NCBI GenBank assembly: GCA_017438635.1
Contig: JAFRUZ010000007.1
Coordinates: 18,069 to 82,068, forward strand
DNA length: 64,000 nucleotides
From: Bacilli bacterium
GTDB taxonomy: Bacteria; Bacillota_I; Bacilli_A; RF39; UBA660
Direction of reading: 5' to 3'
Part shown: positions 1 to 8,360 of the stretch, piece after piece
Numbering within the stretch: the stretch's first letter is position 1
Layout: every line of letters starts with the position of its first letter
Program-made: the position numbers and the translations under genes
Notes under the pieces: model-generated
The model's input: only the letters and a program-made list of their open reading frames with translations
The model's database searches: none
Told to the model about the DNA's origin: nothing

Positions 1-1
1 T

Positions 2-349
2 CCAGGTTCTTGGGGAAAACTTCGTGTATCAGCACGTCATTTAGATGAAGAAAAATCTACTGAATATCAACCAGTACATACTCATGATAGAGTTGAAAAA
101 CTTAAAAAAGGAGAAATTGTTCCAGTTGATATTGAAATTTGGCCTATATCAAGAATTTGGCATAAAGGCCAAAAATTACGTCTTCATATAGCAGGACGTT
201 ACATTCGTGATGAATGGTTTGAACCACTTGTTTGGTTCCCAGATAATAAAGGAGATCATGTTATTCATACTGGTGGAAAATATGAATCATACTTATTAGT
301 GCCAGAAATACCTCCAAGATATGAGGATGGCGATTATATCTACAGATAA
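2..349 (+). CDS. CocE/NonD-family hydrolase, C-terminal fragment (5' end outside window)
   Basis: The frame is open from the window edge to TAA at 347-349. The translation (...IWHKGQKLRLHIAGRYIRDEWFEP...HVIHTGGKYESYLLVP) resembles the C-terminal beta-sandwich of X-Pro dipeptidyl-peptidase/CocE-type hydrolases. It is absent from the ORF track because it has no start codon. Confidence 0.5.
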   Translation, partial: PGSWGKLRVSARHLDEEKSTEYQPVHTHDRVEKLKKGEIVPVDIEIWPISRIWHKGQKLRLHIAGRYIRDEWFEPLVWFPDNKGDHVIHTGGKYESYLLVPEIPPRYEDGDYIYR

Positions 350-359
350 GGAGGTTTCT

Positions 360-1376
360 ATGGATTTAATGGAAAATGTCCGCGCTAAGGCAAAAGCAAA
401 CCCTGGTAGGGTTGCTTTTCCCGAAGCCGGAGATGTAAAAATGTTAACAGCAATAGACGAAGTTGTACAAGGTAAATATTGTACAGCAGTAATTGTTGGT
501 AACCCTGATGAAATAAAGAAAATATGTAAAGAAAATAAAATTGATGATTCAGCATATGAATATGTTGATATAAAAGATGAAAAGTATAAAGAAAAAGTTC
601 TTGCTAAGTATTTAAAATTACCAAACATAATCTATGGTGAAAAATCACTTAGAAGAAGAATGGAAGATCCTTTATATTTTGCATTAATGATGGAAGCAAT
701 TGATGAAGTAGACGTAACATTTGGAGGATTCTTTAGTACTACTGGAGACTTCATCCTAGCAGCTCAAACTATCATTGGCTTACAAGATAATCTAGATATC
801 ATATCTTCTGTAGGTATAGCAGATATACCAGATTATACTTTTGCAGATGGTGGTCATCTAATTGCTGCAGGAGACTGTGCAGTTGCTACTAATCCTAGTG
901 CTTCAGAACTTGCTAGCATCGCTATCGCTACTTGCGATACTGTTCATGCAGTTACAGATTGGGAACCAAGATGTGCAATGCTATCTTATTCAACACTAGG
1001 ATCTGGTCAAGGTGAATTAGTTGATAAAGTTCAAACAGCTGTAAAAATAGCTAATGAAAAAAGACCTGATTTAAAAATTGATGGTGAATTCCAACTTGAT
1101 TCTGCAATAGTACCAGAAGTAGCTGCTAAAAAAGTAAAAAGAGAAAGTGAAGTTGCAGGAAAGGCTAATATCATAATATTCCCAGATTTAAATGCTGGAA
1201 ATATTGGAGTTAAATTAATTCAACAATTTGGTCATTCTAATGCTTATGGACCACTTCTACAAGGATTCAGAAAGATTTGTAGTGATTGTTCTAGAGGTGC
1301 ACCTGTAGGAGAATTAGTAGGAAATATTTTATTTTCTGTAGTAAGAGCAGGTGAGTTAAAAAATGGCAAAAAATAA
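360..1376 (+). CDS. phosphate acyltransferase, Pta/Ptb family (probable phosphate butyryl/acetyltransferase)
   Basis: The N-terminus RVAFPEAGD and the C-terminal NAGNIGVKLIQQFG...GPLLQGF...DCSRG are typical of Pta/Ptb. ATG at 360 follows AAGGAGG, so I prefer it to the track start at 321. The gene overlaps buk by 14 nt. Confidence 0.8.
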   Translation: MDLMENVRAKAKANPGRVAFPEAGDVKMLTAIDEVVQGKYCTAVIVGNPDEIKKICKENKIDDSAYEYVDIKDEKYKEKVLAKYLKLPNIIYGEKSLRRRMEDPLYFALMMEAIDEVDVTFGGFFSTTGDFILAAQTIIGLQDNLDIISSVGIADIPDYTFADGGHLIAAGDCAVATNPSASELASIAIATCDTVHAVTDWEPRCAMLSYSTLGSGQGELVDKVQTAVKIANEKRPDLKIDGEFQLDSAIVPEVAAKKVKRESEVAGKANIIIFPDLNAGNIGVKLIQQFGHSNAYGPLLQGFRKICSDCSRGAPVGELVGNILFSVVRAGELKNGKK

Positions 1377-2472
1377 ATATAGAATTTTAGCAATTAACCC
1401 TGGTTCTACAAGTACAAAAATTGGTGTTTTTGATAATGATGAATGTGTTTTTAAAACAAATATTGCTCATTCACCAGAAGACTTAGCACCATTTAAAGAT
1501 ATACCAAGTCAAAAAGGTTATCGTTTTGATTTAATACTTAAAACTTTAAAAGATAATAAAATTGATATTTCGACTATTGATGCTTTCGTAGGACGTGGAG
1601 GAGGACTTGTTTCTTGTGAAGGTGGAACTTATGAAATAAACGATAAGTTATATGAACACGCAAGTACATGTTTTACTATTAAACATCCTGCCACTTTAGG
1701 AGCAACACTAGCATATGAATTAGGAAATAAATATGGAAAACGTTCTTTCTGCGTTAATCCACCTGATGTAGATGAATTCAAATTAGAAGCGAGAATAACT
1801 GGAATTCCTGAAATATATCGTGAAAGTAGAATTCATGCACTAAATCAAAAAGAAGTTGCTCAAAGATATGCAAAATCTATCAATAAAAAATATGAAGATT
1901 TAAATATCATTGTTTGTCATATTGGAGGAGGTATTTCTATATCTGCTCACAATCATGGAAAAATGATTGATAGTAATGATAACGTTAATGGAGATGGACC
2001 AATGGCACCAACAAGATGTGGCTTTGTTCCTGCTAAACCATTAATTGACTTATGTTTCAGTGGTAAATATGACCAAAAAGAACTATCTGCATTTACTACC
2101 AAAAAAGGTGGATTAGTTGCTTGGTTAGGCACTGATGACTTAAGAGAAGTCAAAAAGATGATAGAAAATGGCGATAAAAAAGCTAAAGTTATATATAACG
2201 CTTTAGTTTATCAAATATCAAAACAAATTGGTGCTATGTTTGTAGCACTAAAGTGTAATTGTAGTGCCATTGTATTAACGGGAGGACTTATCAATGATAA
2301 GAAATTCGTTAATGATATCAAAAAGTACGTTGATAAATTAGCAACTGTTGTACCAATGCCTGGAGAGTTTGAACTTGAAGCTTTATCTGCGGGTGCTATT
2401 AGAGTACTTGAGGAAGAAGAAAAACCAAAAATTTATTCAGGCATACCTGTATTTAGTAAGTTAGGAGAATAA
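1363..2472 (+). CDS. buk: butyrate kinase
   Basis: YRILAINPGSTSTKIGVF is the ASKHA N-terminal motif, and the 369-aa length and overall pattern fit butyrate kinase. Confidence 0.9.
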   Translation: MAKNKYRILAINPGSTSTKIGVFDNDECVFKTNIAHSPEDLAPFKDIPSQKGYRFDLILKTLKDNKIDISTIDAFVGRGGGLVSCEGGTYEINDKLYEHASTCFTIKHPATLGATLAYELGNKYGKRSFCVNPPDVDEFKLEARITGIPEIYRESRIHALNQKEVAQRYAKSINKKYEDLNIIVCHIGGGISISAHNHGKMIDSNDNVNGDGPMAPTRCGFVPAKPLIDLCFSGKYDQKELSAFTTKKGGLVAWLGTDDLREVKKMIENGDKKAKVIYNALVYQISKQIGAMFVALKCNCSAIVLTGGLINDKKFVNDIKKYVDKLATVVPMPGEFELEALSAGAIRVLEEEEKPKIYSGIPVFSKLGE

Positions 2473-2473
2473 T

Positions 2474-2914
2474 ATGAAGGGAAAAGAAATGGTAAAATTG
2501 CTATTCCCAGGAGTAATACTAGGTATTGTATTAGGAATGGGAATTGGAATGGCTGTTGGAGTAAATCCTACAGATCCAAAACCAAATTATATTGGAGGAG
2601 CAGTATGTTGTATAATACCAACACTATTAAACTGTACTGTGGTATTAAAGCAAACTGCTGGTAAATTAAAAAGAAAACTATCTTTCGGAGCAGTATTAAA
2701 AAGAATAATTCCATATGTTATAATTGCAGCAATTATAGGATTCTTAAGTTATGTAATAGTAATTGAAAAAGTAATAGGATTTGATAGTTGTGCTATACCA
2801 AGACTAACAAATGCAGTTATTCAAGCATGTCTAGGAATAGTTACTTCAACATTATTTGGTTATATAGCAGTTAAAAAGTATATAAAAGATGTAAAATATA
2901 CTAAAAGGAAATAA
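2474..2914 (+). CDS. small polytopic membrane protein, unknown function
   Basis: A 146-aa ORF starting 1 nt after the buk stop, with about 4 hydrophobic segments and a basic C-terminus. I recognise no family. Confidence 0.5.
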   Translation: MKGKEMVKLLFPGVILGIVLGMGIGMAVGVNPTDPKPNYIGGAVCCIIPTLLNCTVVLKQTAGKLKRKLSFGAVLKRIIPYVIIAAIIGFLSYVIVIEKVIGFDSCAIPRLTNAVIQACLGIVTSTLFGYIAVKKYIKDVKYTKRK

Positions 2915-2936
2915 TAAAAAAAACACAATAAATGTG
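2905..2936 (+). terminator. rho-independent terminator after the pta/ptb-buk operon
   Basis: The hairpin AAAAAACAC-ATAAAT-GTGTTTTTT is followed by a T-run. Confidence 0.6.
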
Positions 2937-3069
2937 TTTTTTTTATGTCCAAACATTGATAAAACATACAAATAAAGTGTAAACAATATCAAAAAGAGTA
3001 TTGTATTTTCTTAAAAAATTATATATAATAATAGTGTAAAATAGAGATATTGTAGAAAGTAGGGATCAT

Positions 3070-3981
3070 ATGAATAATAATATGCCGAATAATTTTAATA
3101 ATGGAATGCCAAATGGTGGTGGTAATCCAATGGAACAAGCTGCAAAAGAACAATTAGTAGGAGGACAAAGCGCTGTAGGTAGTGGACCATCAGTTATGCA
3201 AGGAGTACCTGGTGCTCAAAATGGGCCTGGAGTTATGCAAGGAATGCCTGGAGTTCAAAATGGACCTGGTGTTATGCAAGGTAATCCAGCACCAAAACCA
3301 GCACCTGCACCAGCAATGCCTGGTCAAGGTAATTCTGGAATAAATGCAATGACTATGCAAAAAGAAGAAGTAAAGAAAGACTCTCCTGAAGTAGTATCAA
3401 TACCAAACTTTGCATCAAATATGCCAGAACCTCCAGCAGCACCACAACCTGGAGTAGTACAAACACCAAATCCAATGCCAGGGCCAGCACCTGCACCAAA
3501 CCAAATTGGAAATCCTACTAATCCATTGAATAATACAATGAATATGCCTAATGTTAATGAACCAAAGCTACCTATGGGTCCTCAAACTCCAAATACTATC
3601 GGAGGTAACAATATTATAGGGAACCCCACACCAAACAGTATTGGGCAAGTAAATAATCAAAATTTAAATGGTATTCCATCAGATAATAATATAAATCAAA
3701 TGAATAAACCACAAAGTACTATTGGAGTAATTCCACCAGCACCTGGTAACAGTGCTCCAAAAGATTTAAATGATACAATGCCAAGTATTAATACATCAAG
3801 TATAGGTTCTACATCGCAAATAGGAGCCAGTGATACTAGCACTACATTAAACAATGATGTTGTAGAAATGCCTGATATGCCTCAAAAGAAATTTCCATTA
3901 TCAACTAGAGAAATGGTATTAATTGGAATAGCTTTAGTAGGTATTGTAGCAGTAGTAATAATGTATTGGCCAAGAGGCTAA
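3070..3981 (+). CDS. tail-anchored low-complexity (Pro/Asn/Gly/Met/Gln-rich) protein
   Basis: A 303-aa ORF whose only hydrophobic segment is the C-terminal MVLIGIALVGIVAVVIMYW. It contains GPGVMQG repeats. An ORF this long is unlikely by chance in AT-rich DNA. Confidence 0.55.
   Translation: MNNNMPNNFNNGMPNGGGNPMEQAAKEQLVGGQSAVGSGPSVMQGVPGAQNGPGVMQGMPGVQNGPGVMQGNPAPKPAPAPAMPGQGNSGINAMTMQKEEVKKDSPEVVSIPNFASNMPEPPAAPQPGVVQTPNPMPGPAPAPNQIGNPTNPLNNTMNMPNVNEPKLPMGPQTPNTIGGNNIIGNPTPNSIGQVNNQNLNGIPSDNNINQMNKPQSTIGVIPPAPGNSAPKDLNDTMPSINTSSIGSTSQIGASDTSTTLNNDVVEMPDMPQKKFPLSTREMVLIGIALVGIVAVVIMYWPRG
3193..3282 (+). repeat. 39-nt (13-aa) tandem repeat, about 2.3 copies, inside the low-complexity CDS
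   Basis: The units VMQGVPGAQNGPG / VMQGMPGVQNGPG / VMQGNP start at 3193, 3232 and 3271. Confidence 0.8.
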
Positions 3982-3986
3982 AAAAC

Positions 3987-4015
3987 TTGACAAAAATATA
4001 ATATTGAAATAGAAT
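3987..4015 (+). promoter_or_regulatory. sigma-A-like promoter candidate upstream of asnS
   Basis: TTGACA (3987-3992), a 17-nt spacer, then TAGAAT (4010-4015). This call conflicts with the alternative reading of 4003-4024 as an RNA hairpin (see findings). Confidence 0.35.
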
Positions 4016-4030
4016 AATATCAATTCGATG

Positions 4031-4085
4031 AAAAGGTGGTACCACGGATTTCGTCCTTTAGGTAGCACTTTTCTTATTAAAGGAG
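4031..4085 (+). promoter_or_regulatory. T-box discriminator (antiterminator-like) element with SD-sequestering alternative helix
   Basis: AAAAGGTGGTACCACGG matches the T-box core. Helix A1 pairs 4033-4036 with 4055-4058. The 7-nt bulge is UGGUACC (4037-4043). Helix A2 pairs 4044-4046 with 4052-4054. In the alternative fold, 4054-4060 (TCCTTTA) pairs with 4078-4084 (TAAAGGA), which covers the asnS Shine-Dalgarno. Confidence 0.45.
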
Positions 4086-4094
4086 AAAATCAAT

Positions 4095-5477
4095 ATGGAT
4101 TTAAGAGAACTATTAAAAGAAATAGAAAAGTATGAAGGAAAAGAAGTAAAATTACAAGGTTGGATAAGAAATCATAGAAAACAAAAAGAATTCGGTTTTA
4201 TTGATTTTTCTGATGGGACTTGTTTTAATCATTTACAAATAGTTTATGACGATAAATTAAGCTCTTTTGAAGAAATACAAAAGTATAAAAATGGAAGTTC
4301 TATTACTGTAATAGGTACTATTGTAAAAAGTGAGGGTTCTGGCCAAAGCCATGAGTTAAAACTAAAAGAAATAATACTTGAAGGTGATTGTCCAGATGAC
4401 TATCCTATGCAACCAAAACAACACTCTAGAGAGTTTTTAAGAGAGCAAGCATATCTTAGACCTAGAACAAATCTTTTTCAAGCAGTATTTAGAATAAGAA
4501 GCGTAACAGCTATGGCTATTCATACATATTTTCAAGATAGAGATTATATATATTTCCATTCACCAATTTTAACAGGTAGTGACTGTGAAGGTGCTGGAGA
4601 AATGTTTAGAGTAACAAATCAAGATTTAGATGAAATAGCAAAAATGAGAGAGAATGACCAAGAAAAAGAATTGTTTGGTAGAACTGTAAGCCTTACAGTA
4701 TCTGGTCAACTTGAAGGAGAAACATTTGCCCAAGCTTTTAAAAAGATCTATACTTTTGGGCCAACCTTTAGAGCAGAAAATTCAAATACTAAATTCCATG
4801 CTAATGAATTCTGGATGATTGAACCTGAAATAGCCTTCTGTGATTTAGAGCAAGTTATGGATATAGAAGAAGACTGTCTAAAATATATAATTAATTATGT
4901 ACTTGAACACTGCAAACCAGAAATGGAATTTTTAGATAAATACGTAGAAAAAGGATTAATAGAAAAACTAAAAAAAGCAGTAAATAGTAAATACGTTAGA
5001 ATAACTCATGAAGAAGTAATAAAAATACTAAAAGAAGCAGAAGAAAAAGGTATTAAATGGGAATTTAAACCAGAATACGGAGAAGATATTGCCAAAGAAC
5101 ATGAAAAATATATAACAGAATATTTCAATGGTCCAGTGTTTATTAAAGACTGGCCTAAAGACATAAAATCGTTCTATATGAAACAAAACGAAGATGGAAA
5201 GACAGTTGCAGCAGTAGACCTAGAATTACCTGGAATAGGGGAATTAATTGGTGGTTCTCAAAGGGAAGATGATTACGATAAACTAGTTAACAGAACTAAA
5301 GAGTTAAATATGGATATGAAAGATTACTGGTGGTATCTAAACCTAAGAAAATATGGTAGTACAGTTCATTCAGGATTTGGAATAGGTTTTGAGAGACTAC
5401 TTCTATATTTAACAAGTGTAGATAATATTAGAGATGTTATTCCATATCCTAGAACACCAGGGAATTGTGAATTTTAA
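4095..5477 (+). CDS. asnS: asparagine--tRNA ligase
   Basis: FRAENSNTKFHANEFWMIEPE, GGSQRED and GFGIGFERL are class IIb motifs typical of AsnRS. The protein is 460 aa. Confidence 0.93.
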   Translation: MDLRELLKEIEKYEGKEVKLQGWIRNHRKQKEFGFIDFSDGTCFNHLQIVYDDKLSSFEEIQKYKNGSSITVIGTIVKSEGSGQSHELKLKEIILEGDCPDDYPMQPKQHSREFLREQAYLRPRTNLFQAVFRIRSVTAMAIHTYFQDRDYIYFHSPILTGSDCEGAGEMFRVTNQDLDEIAKMRENDQEKELFGRTVSLTVSGQLEGETFAQAFKKIYTFGPTFRAENSNTKFHANEFWMIEPEIAFCDLEQVMDIEEDCLKYIINYVLEHCKPEMEFLDKYVEKGLIEKLKKAVNSKYVRITHEEVIKILKEAEEKGIKWEFKPEYGEDIAKEHEKYITEYFNGPVFIKDWPKDIKSFYMKQNEDGKTVAAVDLELPGIGELIGGSQREDDYDKLVNRTKELNMDMKDYWWYLNLRKYGSTVHSGFGIGFERLLLYLTSVDNIRDVIPYPRTPGNCEF

Positions 5478-5480
5478 TAA

Positions 5481-5510
5481 AAAAAGCAAAATTGTTGTAT
5501 TTTGCTTTTT
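5481..5510 (+). terminator. rho-independent terminator after asnS
   Basis: The hairpin AAAAGCAAAAT-TGTTGT-ATTTTGCTTTT is followed by T residues. Confidence 0.6.
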
Positions 5511-5541
5511 AATTTAATATAATTTTAATATAGGTGATAAA

Positions 5542-6237
5542 ATGTTAGAACAACTAAAACTATATTTTTTATACTTTATAATATATGCAATGATAGGGTG
5601 GTTTCTTGAAGAAATATATGCTTATGGTACAAAAAAGAAAATAACTAACAGAGGCTTCTTCATTGGACCATATTGTCCTATATATGGAATAGGATGTATC
5701 TTAATAATACTTCTCTTGTCAAGTTACAAAGAGCATCCTGCAGGTATGTTTGTTTTAGCCATTATAATTTGCAGCGTACTTGAATATATAACAAGTTATC
5801 TAATGGAAAAACTATTTAAAGCTAGATGGTGGGATTATAGCAAAACAAAATATAATATTGATGGAAGAGTATGTGCCGATACAATGATTCCTTTTGGTAT
5901 AATTGCTTGTATTGTTATTTATGTATTACATCCTGCTATTATATCTGTATTAAGTAAAATACCAAGTGATACACTAAATATTATAACTATAGTCATATTA
6001 GTAATTTTTGTATCAGATTTGATAACCTCATTTAATGTAGTTAACAATTTTAAGAAGACAATTAAAAAAGCCTCACTTGAAGATAAAACAGATGATATAA
6101 ATAACTATATAAAAGAAATACTATCAAAAAGATCTCTTCTATACCGAAGACTATTACATGCATTCCCAAATAGTTATGCAATTATAAAGAAAAGAATAAA
6201 TAAAACTATAAAACCTAATACAAATAAAAAAGACTAA
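5542..6237 (+). CDS. polytopic membrane protein (resembles the 'putative ABC-transporter type IV' CmpB-like family)
   Basis: The N-terminus YFIIYAMIGWFLEEIYA...GPYCPIYGIG resembles that family from memory. There are 5-6 TM segments. Confidence 0.45.
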   Translation: MLEQLKLYFLYFIIYAMIGWFLEEIYAYGTKKKITNRGFFIGPYCPIYGIGCILIILLLSSYKEHPAGMFVLAIIICSVLEYITSYLMEKLFKARWWDYSKTKYNIDGRVCADTMIPFGIIACIVIYVLHPAIISVLSKIPSDTLNIITIVILVIFVSDLITSFNVVNNFKKTIKKASLEDKTDDINNYIKEILSKRSLLYRRLLHAFPNSYAIIKKRINKTIKPNTNKKD

Positions 6238-6920
6238 GCTTTTCTAGCGTTGAAAACTTTAGTCTTTTTAAATTCAATAAACTCTTCATGAGCTTTTTTA
6301 TCAAGTGATAAATCTAAAGATTTAAACTTGTATTTTTTATCTTTAAATAACAATAATTCTTTTAAAAAGTATTCTAAAAACTCTGGATTTCTAGATAGTA
6401 TTGGACCAACTACATAAGTGCCATAAAAGTTCTTATAATGAACACCTTCATCTCCAAATAAAGGTTGATTATTATCAATAACTTCATCACTATGATTCAT
6501 AAAACCATATATTGGGCTACATATATCATTATCTAAAATTACTTCTTTAGAAACTCTTTCCTCAGTTTCTACAACTTCAAAATCAAATATTCCAAGAGCT
6601 TTTTTATCATATAGTTTTTTACCAAACATACCAAGAGCATTACCAGTTACTAAAAAGAATTTATTAGCATCAATTGCTTTTTCTACTTCTTTTTTATACT
6701 TTAATATATGATTTAAACAAATATCTCTATTTTCTTCAGTACTATCTCCCATTAAAATAAGATCATATTTAGAAAAATCTAATTTATCATCTATTGATAG
6801 ATAATCAATATTATAATTAACTTTTAACCTATCTAAATGATATTTTAATACTCTAATATTTCCAGTATCTCCATATAAATTCATAAGATCATAATATAAA
6901 CACAAAATATTAATCTTCAT
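6234..6920 (-). CDS. gatD: GatD-like (CobQ-type glutamine amidotransferase-like) partner of MurT, catalytic residues missing
   Basis: It aligns end to end with my recollection of S. aureus GatD (NLYGDTGNI, GFMNH, HYKNFYGTY.GPIL). It overlaps the MurT stop by 11 nt. The nucleophile elbow reads VTGNALG and the His position reads YVVGP. Confidence 0.65.
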   Translation of the reverse strand: MKINILCLYYDLMNLYGDTGNIRVLKYHLDRLKVNYNIDYLSIDDKLDFSKYDLILMGDSTEENRDICLNHILKYKKEVEKAIDANKFFLVTGNALGMFGKKLYDKKALGIFDFEVVETEERVSKEVILDNDICSPIYGFMNHSDEVIDNNQPLFGDEGVHYKNFYGTYVVGPILSRNPEFLEYFLKELLLFKDKKYKFKSLDLSLDKKAHEEFIEFKKTKVFNARKA

Positions 6921-8241
6921 TTTTTAACCCCTCCATAACTGTATTAAAGTCATTTAAATAATCAAAATTAAGTATGGCAAATATTGGACCTTTAGAATTC
7001 TTAATAGAATCTTTTGCATCATATAAATCAGTATGTATTTTTATTTTACTCTCATCAATACCAGCATATTTCAATCTAACAGCAAGGTCATATCTTTGAG
7101 GTCCTGCACATATAAAACAAGTTGTTTTATCTTTTAATAGTTCGAATTCTATATCATAAAGCCAAGAAAGTTCATCCCATAAATATCTTCTAGAGATTTC
7201 AAACCAACCGAGAACGACTGTTTTTTCTCTTTTATCATTATATGTATATAACATTGATTGATTATATGTTGCAGCATTTTCACATTTATTATTTAAAACG
7301 TAAACATCTCTACTGTTGACTTTATATTTATTAAATACTTTAGTATCTTGATTTATATTAGATATTGATTCACAAACTTTGTCTTTGTCTAATCCATAGT
7401 CACATAAAACAGAGTATGATGCTAAAGTATTAATTAAACTATATAGCATATTATTACTTAAAGTAATACTATACTTCTTATCAACAGTAATAGTATTTCC
7501 ATTAAAATCAGTAATACTATATTTTGGTTTTGGCATTGCAAATTTACAGTTTTTATTAGAACATTTATACTTTCCTAAGTCTTCAATGTGATAATAATCA
7601 TAAACTAAAGTACTATGACAGATAGGACATCTTGTGTTATTAACGACACTGAATAAACTATCTTTATATGAATCTCTCAATTTATCAATTCCAAAATAAG
7701 TGACTTTATTATTTCTATTAAGTACAAATCTTTGCAAAGCAGGATCATTAGCATTTAAATATAAATGAATGCTATCATCTATACCTCTTAAAATTTCCTC
7801 TACAATAAACTCTATATGTCTCTGCCTTGGAGGTTGATCTCTGGTAACATTTGTTATAACTATATCTGTTGTTTTAATAAAAGGTGCAACAAATTTAACA
7901 CTTCTTTCATCCATTTCAAGCACTAAAACCTCAGGTTTTACTTTTCCTCCTAAAGTGCAGTTTTTAAGCAAAGTAGTAATTACGCCATATAGCATATTAC
8001 CGCCTTCTTTGTTATAAGCTACAGAAAACCCAAGATCTTTAAAACCATTAGCAATTATTCTCGTTGTAGAACCTTTTCCAGAGGAACCCGTAACGATAAT
8101 TACTTTGTTAGGCATTTTAAATTTTTTTATAATATTTTTATCAAGTTTTTCTGCTACAACCCCAGGAAAAGTGCTTCCTCGTCCAATCGTTGTGCATAAA
8201 AAAGCTGCTAGTTTTCCCATTAAAATACTAATAAGTTTCAT
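6910..8241 (-). CDS. murT: MurT-like Mur-ligase family protein (lipid II isoglutaminyl synthase ligase subunit)
   Basis: Features are the P-loop VTGSSGKGST, RDQ, LNANDP and the Cys4 ribbon CPICHSTLVYDYYH...YKCSNKNCKF typical of MurT. Start chosen at ATG 8241 (MKLISIL...), which follows AGAGGTG. Confidence 0.75.
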   Translation of the reverse strand: MKLISILMGKLAAFLCTTIGRGSTFPGVVAEKLDKNIIKKFKMPNKVIIVTGSSGKGSTTRIIANGFKDLGFSVAYNKEGGNMLYGVITTLLKNCTLGGKVKPEVLVLEMDERSVKFVAPFIKTTDIVITNVTRDQPPRQRHIEFIVEEILRGIDDSIHLYLNANDPALQRFVLNRNNKVTYFGIDKLRDSYKDSLFSVVNNTRCPICHSTLVYDYYHIEDLGKYKCSNKNCKFAMPKPKYSITDFNGNTITVDKKYSITLSNNMLYSLINTLASYSVLCDYGLDKDKVCESISNINQDTKVFNKYKVNSRDVYVLNNKCENAATYNQSMLYTYNDKREKTVVLGWFEISRRYLWDELSWLYDIEFELLKDKTTCFICAGPQRYDLAVRLKYAGIDESKIKIHTDLYDAKDSIKNSKGPIFAILNFDYLNDFNTVMEGLKNED

Positions 8242-8360
8242 AAAAACACCTCTACTAAAAGTATACCACATAAAATGCTTTTTAAAATTAAAAAATTAAC
8301 TATTTGTCATATGGATTTTTAATCAATTTTCATATATAATATTTAATAGGAGAGTATTAT

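Noticed and set aside
3850-3981. A T-box Stem I hidden in the 3' end of the upstream CDS (AGAGA and AGTAG strings are present).
   Set aside because: That stretch encodes a very plausible C-terminal TM helix (MVLIGIALVGIVAVVIMYW) in frame with a 303-codon ORF. I could not build a K-turn/specifier-loop structure by eye.
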